DNA from: Octopus sinensis
Taxonomy: Eukaryota
Assembly (NCBI RefSeq): GCF_006345805.1
Contig: NC_043016.1
Coordinates: 5,580,001 to 5,644,000, forward strand
Reading direction: 5' to 3'
DNA: 64,000 nucleotides
Under the pieces are notes generated by a model. That model had not been told where the DNA came from. It was given only the letters and a program-made list of their open reading frames with translations, and did no database searches. Both the position numbers and the translations under genes were made by a program. How positions within the stretch are numbered: the first letter of the stretch is position 1; each line of letters opens with the position of its first letter. Below are positions 49,802 to 62,800 of the stretch, in pieces.

Positions 49802-50320
49802 TTAAATATTTTAAATTAATTGTATCTTATTTTTAAAAAAAATCATATATTTGTTAAGATATTTTCCATTTTACAAGATTATTTACGTATATTTATATAT
49901 TTTATCTAATTAATTATTTTATTATTGTGTTATCTTTAACCTGAAGAGTGGGTATATTTATATGAGTGGTTTTACTACTACCACTATTATTTTTACTATT
50001 ATCATTTCTTAAATATAGCCATAAAACAAGTGTCGTTATTCTACCAAATATATACGTTTTATTTATTATTTTGCACATTACTTAATCATTGTTATATGTT
50101 TTATCTTGTTTTTAATTTTCTATAAGATGTAATTTTTCTAAATGGTATAATTTAATTTTTCATTATTGAATTGATAAAAGGTGTTTTTTCTAATTTATAT
50201 ATATATATACATAGTATATGCATATATAATATATATATATAGTATATATATATAAATAAAATATATATAATATATATATATACTTATATATATTATATAA
50301 GTATAATATATATATATAAT

Positions 50321-53300
50321 TCATTCATTCATAGCTCGGCTTCGCGAACGAAGATCAGGAAGGCTGTCCACGTCGCGTGCATGCACGCTCATGACTGACA
50401 AGTCCGATATGGGAAAGGCAGGTCCGTGAGCAGTGTCCACAGACGAAGGTAACATCCGGTGTGGTGTCAGAGGCGGCTCGCGCCTTCCTCCTGCGTCTCT
50501 TGTCTTTAAGTGCGTCTCTTCTTTGTTCCTCAAACTTGCTGACTGCGTTGGAGATCGTGTGGCGCCAGACATCACGGTCCGCAGCCAGGTCTGATCGGCA
50601 TTGGTGGTTAATATGACATGCTGTTAGAGACTTCTTGAGGCAGTCTTTGTAGTGCTTCTTCGGAGCCCCTCTTACTCGGTGGCCGGTGGAGAGTTCGCCA
50701 AACAGGGCAATCTTAGGAAGGCAATGGTTCTCCATTCTGGAGACATGCCCTGCCCATCGAAGGTGGTACTTCAGTAGCGTGGCTTCAATGCTGGGGATCT
50801 CGGCCTGCTCCGAGACTTCAATATTTGTGACGAAGTCACTCCAGTGAATGTTGAGGATGGTGCGGGGACATCGCTGGTGGAAGCGCTCGAGGAGACGGAT
50901 GTGACTGTGGTAAGTGATCCAAGATTCTAAGCCATAGAGAAGAGTGGTGAGAACCACGGCCCTGTAGACACTGATCTTTGCTTTGTTCTTCAGGCCACCA
51001 TTGTGCCAAACACGTTTGTACAATCTGCCAAAGGAGCTATTTGCCTTAGAAAGTCTATTGTTAATTTCCTTGTCGATCCTTGCATCGGATGAGATGATGC
51101 AGCCCAAGTATGTAAACTGCTGTGTTGAGTTGAGTTCGGTACCGCAGATAGTGATGTGGGGTGGGCGGTATTCTTCTTGGGATGTAAGTTGGTGAAGCAC
51201 CTCCGTCTTCTTGAGGCTGACCTCCAGGCCAAAGAGCTGCGAGGCATCTGCAAAGCAGGATGTGATGCGCTGCAGAGCTCGCTCTGTGTGGGCGACAAGG
51301 ACAACGTCATCTGCGAAGAGAAGGTCTCGGATCAGCCTCTCCTGGGTCTTGGTGTGGGCTTGGAGGCGCCGTAGATTGAAGAGACTGCCATCCATACGAT
51401 ACCTAACATACACCCCATCCTCATTCTCCATATCTTCAGTTGCATGCTTGATCATCATGCTGAAGAAGATGCTGAAGAGAGTCGGTGCCAGAACGCAACC
51501 ATGCTTCACGCCGTTGGAAATGGGGAAGGGCTCTGACAGGCCAGCATTGAGTCTGATCTGACCACACTGATTCTCGTGCAGCTGGATCACCATCTGTAGA
51601 AACTTGGTGGGACAGCCAAGTCGTTCCAGGTTGAGCCATAGTCCTGTCCTGCTCACTGTGTCAAATGCTTTTGTAAACGTCAACGAAAGTAGCATAGAGT
51701 CCGCTGTTTTGTTCTCAGCACTTCTCCTGGAGTTGGCGGAGGACGAACACCATATCCGTTGTGCCTCTGTTGGCTCTGAAGCCACACTGGCTCTCGGGGA
51801 GGTTTTCTTCAGCGATGGTTGGTACTAGCCTATTGAGCAGGATCCTGGCAAGTACTTTGCCGGCGATGGAGAGTAGGGTGATTCCCCGGTGGTTGGAGCA
51901 GTCAGACTTTTCACCCTTGTTCTTGCGAAGATCCTGTGGCAGCTTGCTCTGCTCCCAGCAGCAGACAAGAAAATCATGGAGATTGTCAGGGAGCATCGGA
52001 CCTCCATTCTTCCAGATTTCTGGTGGGATGTTGTCAACTCCTGCTGCTTTGCGACTCTTGAGTTGTCCTATGGCTTCAATCATTTCTTCGAGGGTGGGTG
52101 GTTTGTTGAGCTCCTCTTTGAGTGTAAGTTGAGGAATGCGAAGGACAGCAGCATCCAGTACGGTACGGTTAGCACCGAAGAGGCTTTGGAAGTGCTCGGA
52201 CCAGTGAGCGAGGATGGAGGTGTTATCGGTGAGGAGGTCCTGTCCATCTGAACTGCGCAGGGGACTCTGGACCAGGTGGGTGGGGCTATACATTGCTTTC
52301 AGAGCCTCATAGAAGCCTCTATAGTCTCCGAGGTTAGCGCACAGCTGGGTTCTCCACGCCAGGTGGTCCTACCACTCGTTCTGCATTTCTCTGAGTTTTC
52401 GCTGTAGGGTGCTTCATGCGTGTCGAAAGGTAGTTTTCTTTACAGGACAGCCTGGTTGTGCGAGGTGGGCTTGATGAGCTGCCCTCTTCCTTGCTAGTAA
52501 TTCCTGGATCTCCTTGTCATTTTCATCGAACCAGTCCTTGTTTTTATTCTTTGTGTGCCCGAGAACTTCCATAGATGTCTTAAGGATGGCTGATTTCAGA
52601 TTCTCCCACAAGGTGTCTGGGGTAGTGTCATCAATGCAGGGGGATTCGTCTAGTCTTTGCCGCAGGTTTGCATGGAACTTGATTTTCACTTCCTTCCGGC
52701 ACAAGCTGTCGACATTCAGTTTCTTTACGGGGTTACCTTTCTTCTTGGGTTTGGGTTTGAACTGCAGTTTGAGCTTGCAGCGGACAAGGCGATGGTCGGT
52801 GTGGCACTCTGCACTGGGCATCACTCTTATGTGTAGAACGTCTTTAAGGTCCCGCTGGCGCACAAGCACATAGTCAAGTAGATGCCAATGTTTGGACCGG
52901 AGATGCATCCAAGTTGTTTTCAGACGGTCTTTCTGTTGGAAGATTGTGTTGGTAATAGCAAGTTGGTGCTCTGTGCAGAACTCGAGCAGGAGGTGCCCAT
53001 TGTCATTACAACCACCAATGCCGTGTCTTCCAAGGACTCCTTTCCAAGCCTCAGAATTCCTCCTAACTCTTGCGTTGATGTCGCCAAGGATAAGGACCTT
53101 GTCGTTTGCAGGAGTGTTGTTCAAGAGTGTGCGCAGATCAGAATAGAAACTGTCTTTGTCCGCAGGATCTGCCAGTAGAGTTGGAGCATAAACACTGAAG
53201 AGAGTGAGATGTTGTTTGCTCTCTAGTGGTAGGCGCATGGATATGATGCGATCTGGGTGGCCCGTGGGTAACGTTTCCAGTTTGGAGGGGATGGAATTCT

Positions 53301-54380
53301 TCACCATGAGTCCTACACCCGACACACGTTTTTCAGATAATAGTTTTCCGGACTAGAAGAGGGTGTAGCCAGCACCAGCGGACCTCGCTGAGAGCTGCTA
53401 TGTCAATGTTGAGACGGGAGAGTTCATGAGCTATGAGAGCCGAACGACGTTTGGGCGGCTGCTGTCAGCCTTGTCAAGCATGGTCCTGACATTCCAGCAA
53501 GCAACTTTCAACTCCTGCTTACTTTTCTTCGGTTTTGTCTCCATGTTTGTTTTACCGCTCTGAAGATGCCCGTTGACTGCGGCTAGCCAACTGGGTATAG
53601 AGGAGATGAGCTTTGTTTAGGCGAACCTTTTCTACTGCCCCTCTCCATGTAGAGCAGGCAGTGCTCTCCCTAAATAGGGCTGCCTGGTCGCTCAGGATGC
53701 TGCTGAGTGGTGTCGTCGCCTCCGGATCGACAACCAGGCGACCAAAGTCCTGAGCCGCCTACATGTGGGGTCGAAACTACGGCTTCCAGCGGCATTTTCC
53801 ACTTGCCACTTTCGCCCCTTTCCCATCGCTGCAGGGCTTTTAGGATGGCTGGTCACAGAACGTGGACATGTCCTTTGGCCTGCGCTAGGGAGTTTTAAGG
53901 TGAAGTGCAGTGCGCGCAAACTGGCCCCACCCTTTAAGCACAAGGTTCATCTGCCATGGCCTAGCGAGCTGGGGCGGTGACAGCGAGATCCTCGGGCCGT
54001 AGGCTTGAAGTCGGAGTTATCCTCTCATAGGAGGGTTGTCAACCATGGCTGACGAGCTCCACCTGCCCATGCCATCCAAACTATGGCGAAAGAGAGAAAA
54101 GGATCCATGGTTTTCAGTAGGCGTATACTACCTGGTTGCCTAGGCCGGAGTAGGGGGTTAGCTTAGGAGACCCCACCCGGAGCCTTTGACTAAAAAGTCT
54201 ATTTACAAGGCAGTAGAGCGAGATCAGGGAGTCGCACCCATTGATAGACGATGACGAGTAGACTAGTTCATACGCCTTTGCTTGGTCATTAACCAAACCG
54301 GGGTCCCAATGATCACGAAATCCCATTTGAGCCGTTGACCAAATGGTTCTTCCGCTTCTTCTGGGATACAATGCCTCGGG
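50321..54380 (-). mobile_element. Near full-length RTE-clade LINE
   Basis: ORF from ~53545 (LKVACWNVRTML); EN motifs LGDINARV and TDHRLV; RT motifs GFRANRGTTDM and LLFADD; C-terminal CGHC...HERAC; (ATGA)n tail. Several frameshifts; 5' end approximate. Confidence 0.93.
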
Positions 54381-54539
54381 GGAGAAAAGGGATAGTGACA
54401 ATACAATATGTACATTTTATACACACATACGCAGAGTTTAAAATGCAATATATATACCATATACAGAGTTGAAAAAAAATGCTATACATACAATGCACAT
54501 ACACACACACAGACACACACGCACAAAGCACTCCACACA

Positions 54540-54740
54540 CACTTTGTTGGATGGCCGTTGACTACGCTGTAGTTCTTCCTCCCTTTGACAGGTCTTATTT
54601 TTTGTCCTGCAGGGTGTCTAACAAACACCCGCCTCACCAAACAAGCCTGGTGGGGTTGCCAACTTAGTCGCCGACGACCCGACCATGTACAGGTTGTACT
54701 GGACTACATGGTACGAGTAGCACTCAATTGACCTGACACT
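54540..54740 (-). mobile_element. RTE-type 5'UTR fragment
   Basis: CAGCGTAGTCAACGGCCATCC resembles GCCGCAGTCAACGGGCATC just upstream of the RTE ORF at ~53575. An ~80-bp homologue lies at 57752-57827. Confidence 0.5.
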
Positions 54741-54963
54741 ATATAATATATATGTACTATATATACACCATATAATATATATATATATTATATATATATT
54801 ATATATTAATATATATATATAATATACATATAATAATATATAATATATATATATATATATATTATATAGTATATATATATATAGTATAACATATACATAA
54901 TACATATATAATATATGTATATGGTATATTATATATGTATATATATAGAATATAATCTAAATA

Positions 54964-55602
54964 TAGGGTGGCAAAAAATTTTGTAGAATTTTTTTGCCAC
55001 CAGCGGCCTAGTGGGAAAAAATTAAATAGTCATTAGACCATTTTTAAGTTCAACATCACAATCAAGGAACGACCATAATAGGCCATTCACCCACTAGAAA
55101 TAACAGCCAAAGCTTCAACCGCAAAATAACATCAATTTCTGGTTAATTCCGTAATGGAATCGGCGGCTTATATTTATTTGCTGCCGATAAATTTGGCGCG
55201 AGTGCGATGATTTGAAAATTTTAGGTCAGATATTGCCGAGGCAGGAACGGAAATGCCTCGTGAAAATATCTGTTCCGACTTGGCTATTTCTTACTGATGA
55301 TTCTAAGGGCCTATGGAAGATTGGCTTGATTTATTTAATCAGTTAGTTTACCAATAAACAGTAGATGAAACGGTGCATCGTATAAGAAATTACAGGGTAA
55401 TGTTTTTTAATTTTTCCCTGGTTTACGGAATTGATGTTATTTTGCGGTTGAAGCTTTGGCTGTTATTTCTAGTGGGTGAATGGCTATTATGGTCGTTCCT
55501 TGATTGTGATGTTGAACTTAAAAATGGTCTAATGACTATTTAATTTTTTTCCACACTAGGCCGCTGGTGGCAAAAAATTCTACAAAAATTTTTGCTACCC
55601 TA
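54964..55602. mobile_element. TA-flanked MITE with ~175-bp TIRs
   Basis: TA|TAGGGTGGCAAAAAATT ... AATTTTTGCTACCCTA|TA with long reverse-complementary arms. Confidence 0.88.
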
Positions 55603-55614
55603 TATTGATTAATT

Positions 55615-55984
55615 ATGAATTTTCTGGTTAATTCCGTAATGGAATCGGCGGCTTATATTTATTTGCTGCCGAAAATTTGGCGCGAGTGCGATGATTGAAA
55701 ATTTTAGGTCAGATTTGCCGAGGCAGGGACGGAAATGCCTCGTGAAAATATCTGTTCCGACTTGGCTATTCTTACTGATGATCTAAGGGCCTATGGAAGA
55801 TTGCTTGATTTAATTTAATCAGGTTAGTTTACCATTAAACAGTAGATGAACGGTGCATCGTATAAGAAATTACAGGGTAAATGTTTTTTAATTTTCCTGG
55901 TTTACGGAATTGATGTTATTTTGCGTTTTGAAGCGTGGTGTTATTTCTAGTGGGTGAATGGCCTATTATGGTCGTTCCTTGATT

Positions 55985-55990
<6 letters not shown>
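55615..55990. repeat. Partial tandem duplicate of the MITE interior (55133-55510)
   Basis: Same sequence with scattered 1-bp indels. Confidence 0.85.
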
Positions 55991-56039
<49 letters not shown>

Positions 56040-56050
56040 TATTATATATA

Positions 56051-56575
56051 TATTGTTTTGCAATATTTTTGATGTGAAATTGTGTGTTGAAACAGATATT
56101 GTTGTATTTAGGAATGGTCATTTTGCCAGTTTAGCCAATAAAAACACACGCACTATATATTTGGTGTTACTTTGCTTCAGCGTTATTTATTTTTTACATT
56201 AATCTAAATCTTATTTCGGCCAGAGTTCTTTCGTCACACTCCTGTGACCTCATCAGTGGTCCTTTGTTTTCTTCTTTCTTATTTGTGTGTCTCTCCTTAC
56301 TAACGGTCACCCATTTTGTTTTTTGTATTCCTATTGTATGTGTCTTCATTTGGATGTTCCTATTTATGTAGTTAATAGATAAATAATATGAACTGGTAAT
56401 AATAAATAACGCTGAAGTAAAGTACCACCAAATATATAGTGCGTGTGTTTTTATTGGCCAAACTGGCAAAATGACCATTCCTAAATACAGCCCACGATTT
56501 CACATCAACACACGATTTCACATCAACACACGATTTCACATCAATAATCTTGCAAAACAAATATATAAATGTGTA
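56051..56575 (-). repeat. Family-A inverted-repeat unit with intact hammerhead
   Basis: Minus strand GGACCA-CTGATGA-G-GTCAC(AGGAGT)GTGAC-GAAA-G(AA)C-TC-TGGCC at 56262-56218. Arms ~56051-56195 and ~56398-56575. Confidence 0.85.
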
Positions 56576-56631
56576 CATATAGATCTATATATATGGATGT
56601 ATATATATATCTATATATATAGATCTATATA

Positions 56632-57760
56632 TCACTTTGATCACTTTGACCGACCAGTCCGTCAGGCGTCCATTTGACACCGCTGGTCACAGCACGCTGT
56701 CCACTCCTCTCTGGATCCACGTGATCCCAATCGTCCTCTTGAAATCGTCACTCCACCGTCGTGGAGGTCTTCCGGGTGGTCTTTTCCGCTCACGCGGGTA
56801 CCACTCGACAACTGCGTGCGTCCACCGATTATCGGTGAGCCGGGCGACGTGTCCAGCCATCTATACTTGCTGCGAGTATACTCTGCGATGACATCTCTCA
56901 CGCCGGACTTCTTGCTGATGATGTTGCTATTTATGTGCTCTCTCAACGAGATACCAAGCATTGACCTTTCCATGGCTCTTGAGCCGTTATCAGTCTTTGC
57001 TCTTCTCTCTTTGTGGTTAGCCCATGTTTCACTACCATATAACATTGCAGGCAGAACTGCACTGTTAATGAGGTTGGCGCTGGTGGTCCTGTCCAACCTT
57101 CCCTTGAGCACATCCCTTATGCCATTGAACGCCTTCCATCCGGCCCTTACTCTCCGTGAGATCTCCTTTTTGATATCCCGTCACATATTTACTTCCTGTC
57201 CCAGGTAGACATATTCCCTTACCTCCTCTATTTCATCACTGCCGATCACCATTCGACCTGTTGGTGCGTTGTCTGACCGCATGAACATTGTTTTCATGCG
57301 GTTCATCTTGAGACCCACTGCAGAACTTTTGATGTCGAGCTCCGTCAGCATAGTCTGAAGCTGATCCGTGTCTTCAGCGATGAGTAAGTACGACGTCGTC
57401 AGCGAAACGGAGGTGGGTGAGGAGCTTGCCATTCGATGCCTCTGATGATCTGTTCGAGACATACAGTGAAAAGTTTTGGGGAGATTGTATCTCCTTGCTT
57501 CACTCCCTTCTAAACCGGCACTCGTATGGCTGATGACAGTAGAGTTATGTCGGTTGTGCATCCGGAATTTGCCTCTCTGAGCAGCTGCATATATTGCACT
57601 TTGATTCCTTGCCTCTGCAGCGAGTTCAGCACTGCGTTGGTTTCGACGCTATCGAAGGCCTTCTCATAATCTATAAACGCAACGCAAAGAGGCAGCTTGT
57701 ACTCATTTGCTCGCTCAAGCAGTTGCGTTAGAGCAAATATATGGTCCATTGTGCATGGTC
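56632..57760 (-). mobile_element. 5'-truncated RTE-clade LINE (RT to 3' end)
   Basis: TMDHIFALTQLLE, AFIDYEKAFDSVE, LIAEDTDQLQ, YLGQEV, LPAMLYGSETW; tail (CAAAGTGAT)2. Confidence 0.9.
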
Positions 57761-58069
57761 GGGACGTCGGCGACTAAACTGACAACCCAACCAGGTTCGC
57801 TTGGTGAGGAGGGTGCTGTTGAAGACCTATATATATGGATGTATATATATAGATGTATATGTATACATGTACATGTATAGCTTTATATGTATACATGTAA
57901 ATGTATAGCTGTATATGTATACATGTATATGTATAGATGTATATGTATATATGTATGTGTAGATGTGCATATATATAGATGTACGTGTAATATATATTAT
58001 ATATATATAATATATATATATATTATATATATATATATATAATATATATATATATGCGTGTGTGTGTTT

Positions 58070-58270
58070 GTGTGTGTGTGTTGTCCCCTAGCATTGCTTG
58101 GAACCGATGCTTTGTTTATGTCCCCGCTATAGCGGTTCGCAAAGAGACCGATAGAATAAGTACTGGGCTTACAAAAGAATAAGTTCTGGGATCGAGTTGC
58201 TCGATTAAAGGCGGTGTGTTCCAGCATGGCCGCTGTCAAATAACTGAAACAAGTAAAAGAGTAAAGAGTA
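58070..58270 (+). mobile_element. SINE 3' half
   Basis: GAGACCGATAGAATAAGTACTGGGCTTAC...ACTGAAACAAGTAAAAGAGTAAAGAG. Confidence 0.85.
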
Positions 58271-58805
58271 TACGTATACAAAGAGATGTGTATATATATA
58301 TATATATATATATCATATAAATATATATATATATAATATATATATATTGATATGTATACATATATATGTATATATATAGATGTATATATATGGATGTATA
58401 ATATATATATATATATATGTACATGTATATATATGGATGTATATATAATCCATGTGTATATATTATATAGATGTATGTAGTGTACATGTATATGTATAGC
58501 TGTATGCATACATGTATATGTATACATGTGTACGTATAGCTGTATATGTATACATGTATGTGTAGATGTATATATAGATGTACATGTAATATATACATAT
58601 ATATATATACACATATATATATGCATACATATATACAGCCATAACACACATCAACCCCCCACACACATACACACAATCTATTTTGTTTTGTGTGTGTGTG
58701 TGTAGTGGTGTGTATACACACACATATATTATTTATATATATATATATATATATAATATATATATATATATGTATATAAATATAAATATATATAGATATA
58801 TATAT

Positions 58806-58840
<35 letters not shown>

Positions 58841-58871
58841 TTTATATATATATGTGTTGGGTTATATATAT

Positions 58872-59437
58872 ATAGGATTCGTAGACAGGAACTGAAACAA
58901 ATCAAGCGTATATAACGAGGTGGTTACAGAGGCTATGACGAAAGACCGAGACCTCTGGAGATATGTTGTGACTTCGAAGACCCGACATGAAGCGAGTTCA
59001 TAGCTCGCAGGACGGTCTGCTGTGCTAACCTTGGATCGTAGAGTGACCCGCTGTTCTTGAGGAGACCTATTGAGTCAAGTACGTTAGCACCAACATCAAA
59101 ATGAAAATCAATGGGAAATTGTAGTTAAGATACCCGTGCCGGTGACACGTAAAAAGCACCGTCCGAACGTGGTAGATGCCAGCGCCGCCTGACTGGCGTC
59201 CGTGTCGGTGACACGTAAAAGCACCAACCGATCGTGGCCGTTTGCCAGCCTCGTCTGGCCCCTGTGCCGATGGCGCGTAAAAAGCCCCCACTACACTAAC
59301 AGAGTGGTTGGCGTTAGGAAGGGCATCCAGCTGTAGAAACACTGCCAGATCAGACTGGTGCTTGGTGCAGCCTCCTGGCTTCCCAGGCCCCGGTCGAGCC
59401 GTCCAACCAATGCTAGCATGGAAAACGGACGTTAAAC

Positions 59438-59470
<33 letters not shown>
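58872..59470 (+). mobile_element. 3' end of an RTE-like LINE with repeated 3'UTR motif and (GAT)n tail
   Basis: TEAMTKDRDLWRYVV ORF end; three CGTG(C/T)CG(G/A)TG(A/G)C(A/G)CGTAAAA motifs; GTGGTTGGCGTTAGGAAGGGCATCCAGCTGTAGAAA; GACGTTAAACGATGATGAT. Confidence 0.7.
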
Positions 59471-59679
59471 ATGTAATTGTATGTGTGTGTCTTTGTCTCT
59501 GTGTTTCGCAACTGCTGTTCATTTATTTACATCCCCATAACATACTAGTTTCACAAGAACAAACTAATAGAATAAGTACCAGGCTTATCAACATAAAAAA
59601 CTCTAGGCTGTGTCTCATATTTTTGTTTGCTCACTCAGTTGTATCTATCAATTTATCTTTGTATGTGTGTGTATATATC

Positions 59680-59803
<124 letters not shown>

Positions 59804-59899
59804 TGTCTATGGACGTGCTGTCACTTCGACTCCGAAGGTAATCGTTTATTTTGACTATTTATAGCCCAATTTTGTGTACATTTTTGTAAATAAGTGTGT

Positions 59900-62800
59900 A
59901 AGGCACCCAACTTTCGTTTGAGTGCTTTTCCAAGGGAGGAATTCGCCCCTAGGGGCAGTTTCAAACCCTATTAATTTTGTAATTTCTTTCTCGACATTTT
60001 CAAAATGTCAAGAAATTGTATGTAGTTGTTGTAGAACGAGGTTGCCTTTATCGACCAGCTTTCTCCTAGACTGGAAACGCTAGGAGAAAAAAAGAATTTT
60101 TGCGCGCAAAGTAAAATTATCAATGACTTTGCAATGAACGCTACAACTACTTGTAGTAACAGCCCTGTCACCAACACCGCCACTAGCAAGAACAACATAG
60201 AGACTACTACTGTTACCACCACCGCCTTCACCACCACCACCACCACCGCCGCCACCTCATCCACTACCTCAACTACCAACAACAACAACAATAACAATGA
60301 CAACAAAAATAAAAATTGCGCCACCATTTCGACATCTGCTGCCTCGGCTGTCTCTTCTGCCACTGACACCACCACCAACAACAAAAACAACAATAACAAC
60401 AACAACAATTCCGTTCAGACCTGTTTTACTCCAACAACAAAAAACTGAAGTAATAAACAAACAAACAAAAAACTGTAACCACCAAACAATTGACAAAAGC
60501 TGCTCGAATACAGGATAAATTATGAAAATAATTTTCCACCCCTTCCTACTTGCACAATCGAACCAACACACCAATTTTACAAACTGCAGCCAACAACAAC
60601 ATCACCACCAGCAACAACAATAACAAAACAACAACAAATTTCGCTGAGGCGATTAAAGAAAAAAAACAACAGTATATTTTACTGCTCAACAAATACAAGA
60701 CACGAACATTACAATAACAGAATTAGATGGTATAGTAAAAATAAACATACCAGAAGAAATATTAGATAAGATGAAAAAAAAGAACAATTATTTATAAAAT
60801 AATTAATAAGAAAACAAAAAGCCCAGAGAAGGCTAACACAAGCAAAATAGAAAAATGCTTGAAACCCATCTGGAACTACAAAGACTATGTGACCTGGTGG
60901 AACAAGTTTGCACACATACAAGTAGTTTTCCACAAGAGCAAGAGTTTCTCAACGCTAACTCTTCATTCAGATGAACTTACATTAACACCAAGCTATCGGG
61001 GACAGAAAGTGACTAAGATCACTTTAACAATGTCCCAAAAATAGCTAATAATCTATGGCTAGTAAAGGCCTTATGTGAAAAATGAAAATTTCACTATTTT
61101 GGAAACCACGGTCACGGAGCACAAAAACTGGGTGGGAAAAAAAGTAGAATTTCTACTACATATAAATCAAGAAGACATAAAAAAATACCCACCCAGATAT
61201 GTGTATCAGAAGACCACAAGTTGTATGTGGTCGTCGATGGCAGAAGACCACGTTGCTACATATGCGGCAGTGAGCAACACCTAAAAAAAGACTGCAAATC
61301 TGCCGCAAGAAAACAACAGCAACAACAACAGCAGCCGGAAAAAAAACAAATAAACCAGGTTTACTACCCACACCACGTTTTGCACGAACAAACCTCACCA
61401 ACCAAACAACCAAACAACTGCAGCACCAAGAACAGAACCAACAATCACCAACAACAAAAAAACAACAACCAAGAATAAACCAACTCCCAAACCAAGGACA
61501 TCTGCCAAAAAGACACTCAGCGAAATGAAGAAACAATACTAACTCCAAATCCCCACAAAATTGAGACCCCAAACAACACAACAATACCTACAATCACTCA
61601 AACACAAAATACCCACACCCCACCTCCAAAACCGCATACACCACAACCAAACGCCTCACCAACACCAACAACAAAATCAACACAGTCTACAATAGACCCC
61701 AATATTTTCCCTCTTCCAAGCTCTGATTCTTCTGATTTGTCATTAGACGAAGAAGACACAGAAGATTGGCAAATAGCCACAGGGGGGAAAGAAAAAGGGG
61801 AAAAAAGAAAAGAAAGATAACAAACAAAGCAGGAAGATACACCACTCCCGAAACAAAAACATCCACAGAAAACAAACACATCAACACAAACACACCATCA
61901 TCAAACCCCCAACAATGTTGACAGCCATAAACACAAACAACCACGACCTAATGGAACACATTAGGTCAAACACCAACATAACTGAAAACGACATAAAAAC
62001 AAGTAACCACCCACGCACAACACCACACAACACATTAAAAATACACGTAACACAGAACACATACAGCACCCTGAAATCTCTTTACCCTGATGCAGTAGGG
62101 AGATTTCAAAAGTATTCATAAAAAAACTATACAAAAGCCTCATAGAAGAAGACCGTGAGGTGAAAGACAAAGGACTTTCGAACAACAAGTAACCTTTTCT
62201 CTCTCTCTTTCTTTTTTGCACTTTCTTTTCGTGTGTAAAACACAATTTTATCGGAACATGCTCAGAATAGGCAGTATAAATGTACGTGGCTTGGGGTCGC
62301 CTTGGAAACAAGGCTACCTGTTAAATGACATCAAGTCACTAAATCTGAATATCATAGCCATCAGTGAGACCAGACTCCACAGCTTGCGGGCACTCCAGCA
62401 CATTTTCGGTACACATTTCAACATTTATTTTTCTCCGTGTCTACCGAGAATGGGCGGAGGTGGCACCGCGGTGCTTATCCGGAAGAGTCTGGATCTCAAA
62501 GTAAGAGCAAATTCCTAGACCCGGAGGGTAGGCTGGTCGTTTTGGATGTCGATGGCAGCAATGAGTGTGCTTTTCGACTGATAGCAGTTTATGCTCCGTC
62601 CTTAACAGGCCGACCAGATTTCTTTCGACGTCTAGAGTCTTTCATGGAACGTCTCGTCCTTTACTTTTAGTGGGGGATTGGAATGCCACCCTGGACACGC
62701 ATCTAGACTACGTGGGCAGAGATAGCAATAGAAGGGGATGCAAATGCCTCAAAGACCTGCTCAGACGTTTCCAACTGTCTGACAGGTACCGACTGGACCA

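Noticed and set aside
54250-54390. HDV-like ribozyme at the RTE 5' end
   Set aside because: Hairpins exist, but P1/P2 pairings of the nested double pseudoknot could not be satisfied by eye.
54610-54710. Apparent spliced exon (TGTCCTGCAG acceptor) with a peptide conserved in the 57.8 kb copy
   Set aside because: The copies differ by a frameshift, and the region matches an RTE 5'UTR context on the minus strand.
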